From Armatimonadota bacterium (GTDB taxonomy: Bacteria; Armatimonadota; UBA5829; DSUL01), in the NCBI GenBank assembly GCA_039811685.1, contig JBDHZC010000001.1, positions 96,001 to 160,000 of the forward strand: 64,000 nucleotides of DNA, read 5' to 3'. The notes under the pieces are model-generated. The model did not search any database, was not told the origin of the DNA, and saw only the letters and a list, made by a program, of their open reading frames with translations. Of this stretch, positions 18,875 to 27,643 are shown one piece after another. Both the position numbers and the translations under genes were made by a program. The first letter of the stretch is position 1. The number at the start of each line of letters is the position of its first letter.

Positions 18875-20836
18875 CTAGCGGACTCTGGCTCCTGGCGGCG
18901 CCTGTGCGTCAGGCTGCAACAGAATAGCCCGCCCGTCGGTATCAGCAGCCAGCAGCATTCCCTGTGACTCCACGCCGCGGATTTTTGCCGGAGCGAGATT
19001 TGCAAGCAGGACAACGGTTTTTCCGGCCAGCTCCGCAGGATCGTAAAATTCGGCAATCCCCGCAACGACCGACCGAAGCTTGCCCTCGCCTGCGTCTACG
19101 CTCAAGTGGAACAGCTTGTCAGCTCCCTGAACCTTCTCAGCACTTACAATCCTTGCCACCCGAATGTCAAGCTTCTTGAACTCCTCGAAGGAGATCACGT
19201 TAGCGGAGGCAGCCTCATCTGACTTTTTCTTTGGGGAAGTCCCCGCGGCTGCTCCGGTCTCAGGCTTTCGCTTCTTTGTGTCGATCCTCGGAAATGTCGG
19301 GTCTGCGCTGCCTGCTTTGGCGCCACTCCGGAGCCCGCCAAACTGTGTAGATTCAGGCAGTTTCTGCACAGCGGGTGATCCCGGTATTCCGAGCTGAGTC
19401 CACATCTTCTCAGAGGCGCACGGCATGAAAGGAGCCACCAGCACTGTCACTATTCGCGCTGTTTCGAGCGCGTTGTACAGCACATCCGCCAACTCCTGTT
19501 CTTTGCCTTCTCTGTGAAGCGCCCAGGGAGCGCTCTGTTCCACATATTTGTTGCCAGCGCTTACAAGGCTCCAGACTGCTTCCAGAGCGTGAGAAAACCG
19601 CACGTTTTCGAGCGCTTCAACGTACTGAGTCGTAGCCTCCTCAGCCAGCTTTGCCAGAGCGTCGTCTTTTCGGCTCACCGGAGGGATTTCACCTCCAAAC
19701 CATTTGTGCAGCATGGAGAGCGTGCGATTCAGCAGATTCCCAAGATCGTTCGCCAGATCTGAGTTGAAATGCTGAATCAGCGTCGCGCGCGAGAAGTCTC
19801 CGTCCGTGCCGAAAGGCACTGCTCGAAGCAGGTAGTAGCGCACAGCATCGGACGCCACGTTCTTCTCGCACCCCGACAATTCAGCAAGCTCCGTAACAAG
19901 CTCAGTCGGATAGATCGCGTTGCCTTTGCTCTTGGAAATCTTCTCGCCTTCAATAGTCCAGAACCCATGTCCGAAGAAGATGTCTGGCAACTCCACACCC
20001 AGAGCCATCAGCATCGCTGGCCAAAGCGTGCAGTGGAAGCGCACAAAGATATCCTTGCCCATCATCTGGACGCTTGGAGGCCACCACCTGGCGAACTTTT
20101 CATCATCCTGCAGGTAGCCGGCGACTGTCAGATAGTTGATCAGCGCATCAAACCAGACATAAATCACCTGACTGTCATTGCCAGGCACCGGAATTCCCCA
20201 GCCAGTGTTGATCCGGCTGCACGACTGATCCTTCAGTCCGGACTTGGCAAATGCCATAACTTCGTTGGCGCGGTAGTCAGGACGGAGCCAGCCGGGATGG
20301 GTCTCCATATACTCAATCAATCTGTCCTGATATTTGGAGAGCCGGAAGAAGTAGTTCTCCTCTCTTACCCACGTGAGGGGTTTGCGGCATTCAGGGTTGG
20401 GACAGCGCTCGTCTGTCACTTCAGCCGGTGTGAAGAAGGTCTCGTCCGAAACGCAGTACCAGCCTTCATAGCTGCCGAGATAGATATCGTCCTGCTCCAG
20501 AAGTTTCTGAAAAATCGCCTGGACAACCTTGACATGGCGTGGCTCCGGTGTGCGGATGTAGTCGTCAAAGCCAATCTCAAGCGCCGACCACTGTTGCTTG
20601 AACTTCGGCTCCATCTCATCCACATAAGCCCGCGCGTCCTTCCCAAGAGACTGAGCGACATCGAGCACTTTTTGCGCATGTTCGTCTGTGCCCGTGGCGA
20701 ACAATACGTCCTGTCCGAGCAGCCTGTGAAAACGGGCTAGCACGTCACACGCTATCGTGGTGTACGCATTTCCTATGTGCGGCACATCGTTGACGTAGTA
20801 GATGGGTGTGGTTATGTAGAACGTATCGGTCGGCAA
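18875..20836 (-). CDS. metG: Methionine--tRNA ligase with C-terminal tRNA-binding domain
   Basis: YITTPIYY, HIGN, GTDEH, YVWFDAL, GKDI, KISKS, OB-fold GVESQGM; GGAGGAG SD before TTG. Confidence 0.97.
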   Translation of the reverse strand: MPTDTFYITTPIYYVNDVPHIGNAYTTIACDVLARFHRLLGQDVLFATGTDEHAQKVLDVAQSLGKDARAYVDEMEPKFKQQWSALEIGFDDYIRTPEPRHVKVVQAIFQKLLEQDDIYLGSYEGWYCVSDETFFTPAEVTDERCPNPECRKPLTWVREENYFFRLSKYQDRLIEYMETHPGWLRPDYRANEVMAFAKSGLKDQSCSRINTGWGIPVPGNDSQVIYVWFDALINYLTVAGYLQDDEKFARWWPPSVQMMGKDIFVRFHCTLWPAMLMALGVELPDIFFGHGFWTIEGEKISKSKGNAIYPTELVTELAELSGCEKNVASDAVRYYLLRAVPFGTDGDFSRATLIQHFNSDLANDLGNLLNRTLSMLHKWFGGEIPPVSRKDDALAKLAEEATTQYVEALENVRFSHALEAVWSLVSAGNKYVEQSAPWALHREGKEQELADVLYNALETARIVTVLVAPFMPCASEKMWTQLGIPGSPAVQKLPESTQFGGLRSGAKAGSADPTFPRIDTKKRKPETGAAAGTSPKKKSDEAASANVISFEEFKKLDIRVARIVSAEKVQGADKLFHLSVDAGEGKLRSVVAGIAEFYDPAELAGKTVVLLANLAPAKIRGVESQGMLLAADTDGRAILLQPDAQAPPGARVR

Positions 20837-20933
20837 AGTGCTCCTCCAGCGTGAAGTATACACGATTCTATTCTCGCTTCGGAACACTTGCTTTCCGTGC
20901 GAAGAGACCGGGCGGGGCGGGAAATATGAGGAT

Positions 20934-21941
20934 ATGAAAGCAGCGGTTTACAGACAGTTTGGAGCGGCCGAGGACGTCCTGACACTCGAGAGTCTTCCGG
21001 ACCCGACGCCTGGTGAAGGAGAGGTGTTGGTCAGGGTGCGCACCTCAGGGGTGAATCCCTCTGACGTCAAGTCGCGCCAGGGCCTGTTCAAACGCTCAAA
21101 GGTCTTTGATCTGATCGTCCCGCAAAGTGATGGATCCGGGGTGGTCGAGGCGATAGGCAGTGGCGTAGGGCGCTGGCAGCCCGGGGACCGGGTCTTCATT
21201 TTCAATGCTCAGTGGCAACGCGCATTAGGAACTGCTGCGGAGCTCTGCGTGATTCCGGAGGACCTGCTCGCGCCACTACCGGAAGATGTCTCTTTTGAAG
21301 CTGGCGCGACGCTCGGCATTCCGTTGATGACTGCGTGCGAAGCTGTCTTTGCCGGTAATCCGGACAGTAAAATTGTCAGTGATTCCCTGCGCGGCAAGAC
21401 AGTTCTGGTCTCCGGCGGCGCGGGAGCTGTTGGTTGTTACGCTATTCAGATGGCAAAGTGGGGTGGGGCGCAGGTGCTCTCGACGGTCAGCACTGATGAG
21501 AAAGCCGCTATTGCTCGAAATGCTGGAGCAGACGTAACAATCAATTACAAACAAGAGGACGTAGCCGCCAGAGTCCTGGAGTTGACCAGCGGCGAAGGAG
21601 TTGACCGCGCTATCGAGGTGAATCTCGGCCAGAATTTGACGATATGCTCCCGCGTTGTGAAGCCGCATGGCGTGATACTGGTGTACGGCTCAGATGACGC
21701 TCAGACACTGCTACCGGTGCATCATCTGCTGATGAAGGCTGTCCTGATGCAATTTATCCTCGTGTATATTCTGACGCCGGACGAGCGGATGCGAGTACTC
21801 AACGCCATAGCCGCGTTTTTGTCAGACGGCGCGTTCCGTCCTCACATCGCGCGCACTTTTACCCTCGAAGAAATCGTCGAGGCACACAAGCTGCAGGAGT
21901 CTGGAAAGGCCATTGGCAATATTGTCCTCAAAGTCTCGTAG
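20934..21941 (+). CDS. NADPH:quinone oxidoreductase (MDR family)
   Basis: GVNPSD, PQSDGSGVV, GGAGAVG, AHKLQESG. Confidence 0.9.
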   Translation: MKAAVYRQFGAAEDVLTLESLPDPTPGEGEVLVRVRTSGVNPSDVKSRQGLFKRSKVFDLIVPQSDGSGVVEAIGSGVGRWQPGDRVFIFNAQWQRALGTAAELCVIPEDLLAPLPEDVSFEAGATLGIPLMTACEAVFAGNPDSKIVSDSLRGKTVLVSGGAGAVGCYAIQMAKWGGAQVLSTVSTDEKAAIARNAGADVTINYKQEDVAARVLELTSGEGVDRAIEVNLGQNLTICSRVVKPHGVILVYGSDDAQTLLPVHHLLMKAVLMQFILVYILTPDERMRVLNAIAAFLSDGAFRPHIARTFTLEEIVEAHKLQESGKAIGNIVLKVS

Positions 21942-22018
21942 TTTTCGCGGCAACTTATAGCCGTGGCCATAGAGTGCCGCAGTCTTTCACAGACAGATGC
22001 GGCTGTACGCGCTGTCAG

Positions 22019-22477
22019 CTAGATTTCGTACTCGCCAGTGAGGAGTCTCTTGATGATCTCGGCGTTTGCCTCCGGCATTTTCAGCGACTTTAGCTCCCGC
22101 AAAGGCATCCACTGAATGGCGTCACTGTCAAGCGCCTGTGCCGTACCGCTGATGACGCGACAGAGATAGGGTTGCAGAATGATGCGCTTATTCTTGTACT
22201 CAAAGCGCACTGGCAGCAATTCGCGGACTACCTCCACGTTGAGTCCGGTCTCCTCCAGCACCTCCCGCACCACGCACTGAGCGTAGGACTCACCTGGTTT
22301 CCGCTTGCCGCCGGGAAACTCCCAGTAGCCGCCAAGAAAAGCGCCACGCTTTCTGCGAGCTACCAGAACTGAACCTTCCCGCTCGATAATGCCAACGGCT
22401 GCGTACTCCGTTGGAAGCTGAGGGCGCGGCTTGTAATTGGCCTGGGCGTTCGAAATACTACCGTTTGAGTCACTCAA
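22019..22477 (-). CDS. mutT: MutT-like NUDIX 8-oxo-dGTP diphosphatase
   Basis: WEFPGGK..GE.....VREVLEETG Nudix box; TTGA overlap with mutY stop. Confidence 0.8.
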   Translation of the reverse strand: MSDSNGSISNAQANYKPRPQLPTEYAAVGIIEREGSVLVARRKRGAFLGGYWEFPGGKRKPGESYAQCVVREVLEETGLNVEVVRELLPVRFEYKNKRIILQPYLCRVISGTAQALDSDAIQWMPLRELKSLKMPEANAEIIKRLLTGEYEI

Positions 22478-23547
22478 GGTGTGTGGTCTCCAGCCGGGTC
22501 TGTATGAAGCTCTGCGATTTTTCTCATCGGGCTTGGAAGTGGCAGGATGGCAAGCTCCTCTACGCTCGCGAGCCTCCACTCACCGGGCACTCCCGTTGGC
22601 GCCGATGGCAAGTGACACTTCAGCACGTGCAGCGAAATTGCATAGCGTGTCACTTGGTGACGCACTGCCCCAGCATATTCAAAATCCTCTACGTCCGCCC
22701 ACCCGCAGTCGTTGAGCAGTCTGCGTATAGCTTCTTCAGGGTCTGGTATTGCCAGAGTGCGTGGAAACTCCCACATTCCCCTCCATCTGCCATCACTCGG
22801 ACGGCTTAGCAGCCACCGATCCGCCCACCGAGCGACCACACACACCTCCTGCCGCCGTTGGATAACTTGTTTTTTGGGAACCGACCCATACCAGTCAAAA
22901 CTTCGCAGAGTTGACGCTTTACAGAGGCTTTCCAGAGGGCACTCAGCGCAATTCGGCTGTCCTGCAGTGCATACGAGCGCTCCAATCTCCATCATCGCCT
23001 GATTGACAATGCGCGGCGTCCCGGCTGTGGAGACGTCCAGAGATGCCTGCCATACCTGCTGCTCTGCCCGCGGTGCGTGTGCGACAATGCCCAGGATGCG
23101 GCCAAGGAGCCTTCGAGCATTCGCATCCACCATTGGGGACGGCCGATTGAACGCTATCGCGCGTATTGCCCCTGCGGTGTAAGCTCCGATACCAGGCAGC
23201 CTTTGCAGATCGCGCAAATCCTCCGGAAGTTCTGCGCCATTGTTCACCAGCAAGCGCGCCGTCTTCAGAAGGTTGCGAGCGCGCGTGTAGTAACCAAGTC
23301 TTGACCACGCCGCGAGGACGTCTTCTTCACTCGACTGAGCAAGTGACTGAAGAGTAGGAAAGAGTTTGATGAAACGCTCGAAGAACGGCCGTACAGTCTG
23401 CACAGTCGTCTGCTGCAACATGACCTCAGATATCCAGATGCGGTAAGGTGACGTGTCCTCGCGCCAGGGAAGTTGGCGTGCGGCTTTTACAAACCAAACC
23501 GTCAAGTATTCAGCGACCTCAGCGGCCCCGTGCCGACCGGTAAACAT
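22474..23547 (-). CDS. mutY: A/G-specific adenine glycosylase
   Basis: LPWR, ISEVMLQQT, LGYY, HhH LPGIGAYTA, Fe-S loop C-x6-C-x2-C-x5-C, C-terminal WEFP. Confidence 0.92.
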   Translation of the reverse strand: MFTGRHGAAEVAEYLTVWFVKAARQLPWREDTSPYRIWISEVMLQQTTVQTVRPFFERFIKLFPTLQSLAQSSEEDVLAAWSRLGYYTRARNLLKTARLLVNNGAELPEDLRDLQRLPGIGAYTAGAIRAIAFNRPSPMVDANARRLLGRILGIVAHAPRAEQQVWQASLDVSTAGTPRIVNQAMMEIGALVCTAGQPNCAECPLESLCKASTLRSFDWYGSVPKKQVIQRRQEVCVVARWADRWLLSRPSDGRWRGMWEFPRTLAIPDPEEAIRRLLNDCGWADVEDFEYAGAVRHQVTRYAISLHVLKCHLPSAPTGVPGEWRLASVEELAILPLPSPMRKIAELHTDPAGDHTP

Positions 23548-23623
23548 CAGCAGGAGTATCTAACACAAGGCGCATCATTGCAAACCGCCCTGTGGTATAA
23601 CGCTGTCAGGGTAGAGAGGAACT

Positions 23624-24592
23624 GTGACAGGGCTGATGGCTTCTCGGGTGTCTGAAATCTTGACTATGCTCAAATCGTTCAAAGAGGCGCGAGCGCTTCT
23701 GAGCGCCTATGAGCTTGGCCTTCTGTCCCGCCTGGCGATGTCTGCGGTCAGTGCTGCGGAGCTTTCCCGCGAAAAAGACCTGGATGAACGCGCTGTCAGA
23801 GCCCTTCTGGATGCTCTGGTTGCGATGCGAATTGTGCGCAAGAGAAACGGGCGCTACCGGTTGTCCTCCGCAGGTTCGCAGCTTATGGCGGATAGGGGCG
23901 AGACGCTCGATGATGCGTCCCTGGCCTGGCGGCAGTGGTCTGAAATGAATCAGGTTATTCAGCAGGGGCGTACGGTTGTGGACTCCGCGCAGGTGGTGGA
24001 GGAAGCGGAGCGCGCAAAGAAACGCCTGCAATCCGGGCTAGCTGATGAGTCGTGGGTACAGCGCTTGCCGATTGGCAACGCAAAGACAATTCTGGACGTG
24101 GGCGGAAGCGCGCCGGCAGAGCTTATTCGCCTGGCGCTTGCGCACCCTGATGTTCACTGCAGCGCGTTGCATCTTCCTGGGGTCGTCCCTGAAATTGAGC
24201 GGGCGGTAGAGCGTGCCGGAATGTCGGAGCGCATTGCGGTTATCCCTGGCAACTATCTCTTCGATCAACTGCCATCCGGATTTGACGTTGTCTGGATATC
24301 TGGAGTCCTGCCACTTCACGCCGAAGAGCCAAACCGAGCGCTGCTTCGCAACGCCTCCGAAGCTCTGAACTCTGGAGGGCGCGTCCTTATTCGGGATCTC
24401 CTGTTGGATGAAAAGCAGGCGACAGAGGTGGATCATACTCTGTTCCGGCTGCGGACTCTGGCCTCTCCCAACGCCGTGGAGGCTTATACAGTGCAGGATG
24501 TCATCCGGTGGCTCAGTGACGCGGGATTCATTGAAGCGACTTATCAGTGCTCAGGGGATATCGCCACTGTATCGGCTCTTGCCGGCGGCTAA
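23624..24592 (+). CDS. O-methyltransferase-like protein (dimerisation domain + class I MTase fold)
   Basis: N-terminal wHTH (SAAELS...RALLDAL), LDVGG, LNSGGRVLIRD, WLSDAGF. Confidence 0.72.
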   Translation: MTGLMASRVSEILTMLKSFKEARALLSAYELGLLSRLAMSAVSAAELSREKDLDERAVRALLDALVAMRIVRKRNGRYRLSSAGSQLMADRGETLDDASLAWRQWSEMNQVIQQGRTVVDSAQVVEEAERAKKRLQSGLADESWVQRLPIGNAKTILDVGGSAPAELIRLALAHPDVHCSALHLPGVVPEIERAVERAGMSERIAVIPGNYLFDQLPSGFDVVWISGVLPLHAEEPNRALLRNASEALNSGGRVLIRDLLLDEKQATEVDHTLFRLRTLASPNAVEAYTVQDVIRWLSDAGFIEATYQCSGDIATVSALAGG

Positions 24593-25521
24593 AGCCCTTC
24601 GAGAGCCGCCATTATCGCAGCCGTATCCTGAAGCCGGTCGCCAAGTTGTGAAGGGAGAATCCGGCACTGAGCGGCGCTCTGTGGCAAAGCCTCCTTCTCG
24701 ACAATGCTGGACGCCTGCTCCAGATACCACCCAGGCAGACGCCCAGCCAGACTGCCCAGGCTAATCATCTCGGGATTGAGCAAATCTACCAGTATTGCCA
24801 TCGCCGCACCCAGCTTGTCGGCAGAAGTCCGAAGTACCTCCTCAGCCGCGGAGTCACCTTGTGCTGCCGCACTGATGACGGCTCTGGCGTCCGGTGGAAA
24901 CGGCCATTGTTCCGGGTGCAGATAAGCAGCCAATCGGCTGATTCCCGCTCCGCTTGCAAAGGCTTCCAGCGAGCCTCGTTTGCCGTAGGCCTCCGGGCCG
25001 TCCCGGGCGATGCGAAGATGGCCACTTTCGCCTGCTGTCCCGCCTGCTCCACGAAGGATCTGTCCATTTGCGATGACTCCCGCGCCAATGCCTGTGCCAA
25101 GCGTCAGGAAGATCAGGTTGCTGACTCCACGACCGGCGCCGAAGCGTTGCTCCGCCATAGCGCCTGCGCGGCCATCGTGCTCCATTCGACAATTCACCCC
25201 CGACCTGCGGGCGACGTCCGCGCGAATGTCACACTGCCATCCGGGAAGGTTGGGGGGAGACTGAAGGCGGCCTGCCTGCCAGTCCGCAGGCCCTCCTACA
25301 CTGATTCCTGCTGTATGAGGCTGCCAGTCTGGCGTCTGGTTCTTCAGCGATTCAAACTCCACGGAGAAACGCGCCAACCACTCCGGATAACCGCGCTCAG
25401 GTTCCGTGGGAAACTCCAGACGCGCAAGTATCGAACCATCGCTAACGCCCGCTACCAGAGCGGTCTTGGTTCCTCCGAGGTCAACTCCCAGGACGTGAAA
25501 GGCCGCTGGCAGTGGCTCCAA
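24589..25521 (-). CDS. ROK family sugar kinase
   Basis: GVDLGGTK, PPNLPGW, TLGTGIGAG, GESGH, GSLEAFASG. Confidence 0.9.
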   Translation of the reverse strand: MEPLPAAFHVLGVDLGGTKTALVAGVSDGSILARLEFPTEPERGYPEWLARFSVEFESLKNQTPDWQPHTAGISVGGPADWQAGRLQSPPNLPGWQCDIRADVARRSGVNCRMEHDGRAGAMAEQRFGAGRGVSNLIFLTLGTGIGAGVIANGQILRGAGGTAGESGHLRIARDGPEAYGKRGSLEAFASGAGISRLAAYLHPEQWPFPPDARAVISAAAQGDSAAEEVLRTSADKLGAAMAILVDLLNPEMISLGSLAGRLPGWYLEQASSIVEKEALPQSAAQCRILPSQLGDRLQDTAAIMAALEGL

Positions 25522-25523
25522 CG

Positions 25524-25805
25524 TCAGGTCAGCTCATCGATAGCTTGCGCCAGAGTCAGGTCTTTGTCTGTAATGCCTCCAGCGTCGTGAGTAGTCAAAG
25601 ACAGACGTACACGGTTGTACCGGACGTCGATATCCGGGTGGTGGTTTGCTTCTTCGGCCGCCTCCGCTACGTCGCAGACGAAGTCAATCGCCTCCGTGAA
25701 AGAGGGAAACTCAAACGTCCGGACAACCGCGCCGTCTTCCAACTTCCATCCTTCAAGCTTGCCAAGTCTGCTCAGAACGTCACTTTCAGAATAAACCGTT
25801 GCCAT
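25524..25805 (-). CDS. phhB: Pterin-4-alpha-carbinolamine dehydratase
   Basis: AEEANHHPDI, LTTHDAGGITDKD. Confidence 0.92.
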   Translation of the reverse strand: MATVYSESDVLSRLGKLEGWKLEDGAVVRTFEFPSFTEAIDFVCDVAEAAEEANHHPDIDVRYNRVRLSLTTHDAGGITDKDLTLAQAIDELT

Positions 25806-25862
25806 CGCTCGCCTTTTTCATTTCCCAATTCTGCGCCGTAGTCAGGCTGCAGTTCAGGCCAA

Positions 25863-26600
25863 TCAGTAACCCAGCTTTGTGTAGCGTTCCTCGATTGCCT
25901 TTACGTTTTCCGGACCACCTGGCAGGTTGACGCTGGAATACACTGATGGCTCAATTCCCATCCCAACCAGCTCTAAAACAATCCCTGCGTTGACAGCCCA
26001 CATGGCGCATGCGGCGGCCAGACCCGAGGCCGGACAGAGTCGCCTGTCGAACCCATCTACACTCAGCATCGCGTCTCCGGGAGGAGCGTGGTTGTCGAGC
26101 ACCAGATCGGCAACCTCAAAGAGCCGCTTGCCAGACGCATGTTCCGAGTCCAGCCGCCGGGAGTGTTCAACGCTTGTCAGCGCAACGACTGTTGTTCCCA
26201 GTGCCCTGGCCTGCAGCGCGATCTCCACGGGCATAGGTGTTTTGCCCGACACGCTGCCCACAAATAGCAGGTCTTGCGCCCGAAGCCTGCTGCGTCCGAG
26301 CCCGAGCTTTACAAACTGTGTCAGATCGTCTGCTGGCGGAAGTGGTTCTTTCTCACGAAAGCGGTTGGGGTTGGTCACGGAAAGCGAAATAGACAAAGGA
26401 GTCCATGCCAGCAGACCGCCTGCACGGCCGATCAGCTCGCTCGTCAGCATGTGCCCGGTGTCAAAGATATGCAGCACACCCTGCTTGGCCACGCTTTGCG
26501 CGCCCAGCGCGGAGACGCGCGCGATCGTTTCGGCTTCAGCCTCGCCGATGGTTGAAATCAGACTCTGCAAAGATGTGAAGTAGTTCTGGATCTGGCTCAA
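25863..26600 (-). CDS. SIS-domain sugar isomerase-like protein
   Basis: DTGHM, GRAGGL, SVSG, VALTS, LFEVADLVLDNH. Confidence 0.82.
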   Translation of the reverse strand: MSQIQNYFTSLQSLISTIGEAEAETIARVSALGAQSVAKQGVLHIFDTGHMLTSELIGRAGGLLAWTPLSISLSVTNPNRFREKEPLPPADDLTQFVKLGLGRSRLRAQDLLFVGSVSGKTPMPVEIALQARALGTTVVALTSVEHSRRLDSEHASGKRLFEVADLVLDNHAPPGDAMLSVDGFDRRLCPASGLAAACAMWAVNAGIVLELVGMGIEPSVYSSVNLPGGPENVKAIEERYTKLGY

Positions 26601-27535
26601 CTACTGTGCCCTTCTGTGTGAAATAGATATCGCGCAAGCTCGGCAGCGCCCTGGGCTGGCGATATTTCCGGTCGCAGGATCGTGGCATTTGGAAACTGGG
26701 TGCGGAATAGCCGGCAGAAAACATCTATGAGAGCAGCGCCCGCGTTGAACACGCCCCCCGAGAGTATCACTGGAAATGCCTCCTCCCCGCTGAAGAGTTG
26801 CCCTGCTGCAAAGGCCGCATCCTCAGCGAGAGACTGTGCGATATCGTGCACAATTCCCAGTGCGCCCGGTTCTCCCTCTCCGGCTGCTTCCGACACTTCT
26901 CGCGCAAAAGCTGCAATTTCCTCTCTGGGACGCTTCGCAATGTCCGTCGCGCAGACAAAGGCGATAGAGTCTGACTGACCCCCGAAAAAGCGCAGTAGCC
27001 GGTCAGAGAGAGATGTGCGCGCCCTTCGTCCGTCAATGCCACGCAGCGCAAGCTTAATGCCGCGCATTGCCATGTCATATGCGCCGCCCTCGTCTCCAAG
27101 CAGGCTTCCCCAGCCACCCACAAACCGCTCTTCGCCAGTCCTGCGCACTACCTGAAAAGACGATCCCGTACCCGCCACGACGACGAGTCCGTGCTCCTCG
27201 AATATCCCGGCGGAGGCAAACCCGATTTGGCGCTCACCGGCGAGGTAAATCCGAGTCTGCGGGAGTCGCATGTCTATGTAGGAGCGGGATTCACCAAAAT
27301 TCCCCGCTCCACACAGAGCCGCGCATGCAGGCGCGGGAAGTCCGTCCACTGCCCCATCAATCGCCTGCTTCAGAGACTCGAGGATGCGCTCCGGCGGGTT
27401 GTGAAAAGTATTCGAAGGCCCGCCGGACGCCTGAGACACTACGTGCCCTCGGTCGTCAATGACGACGGCGGCAGTTTTGGTACCGCCGCCGTCAATTCCC
27501 AAGAAAAGCCGCTCAGTTGTGTCAGGAGATGACAA
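26597..27535 (-). CDS. BadF/BcrA-type N-acetylglucosamine-kinase-like ATPase
   Basis: GIDGGGTKT, AGTGS, GGWGSLLGDEGG, LSGGVF. Confidence 0.88.
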   Translation of the reverse strand: MSSPDTTERLFLGIDGGGTKTAAVVIDDRGHVVSQASGGPSNTFHNPPERILESLKQAIDGAVDGLPAPACAALCGAGNFGESRSYIDMRLPQTRIYLAGERQIGFASAGIFEEHGLVVVAGTGSSFQVVRRTGEERFVGGWGSLLGDEGGAYDMAMRGIKLALRGIDGRRARTSLSDRLLRFFGGQSDSIAFVCATDIAKRPREEIAAFAREVSEAAGEGEPGALGIVHDIAQSLAEDAAFAAGQLFSGEEAFPVILSGGVFNAGAALIDVFCRLFRTQFPNATILRPEISPAQGAAELARYLFHTEGHSS

Positions 27536-27643
27536 TCGCGCTAACCACTCCGCCTATGCGCTGCGACGCCAGTTTTCGATAAGATCGACGCAACTTTATG
27601 CGCTTCCGCGCGAGCTCGTATCTCTCCTTCGAAAAAAGGTCAG

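Noticed and set aside
19769..20740. 323-aa plus-strand ORF
   Set aside because: Antisense shadow of metG; no motifs.
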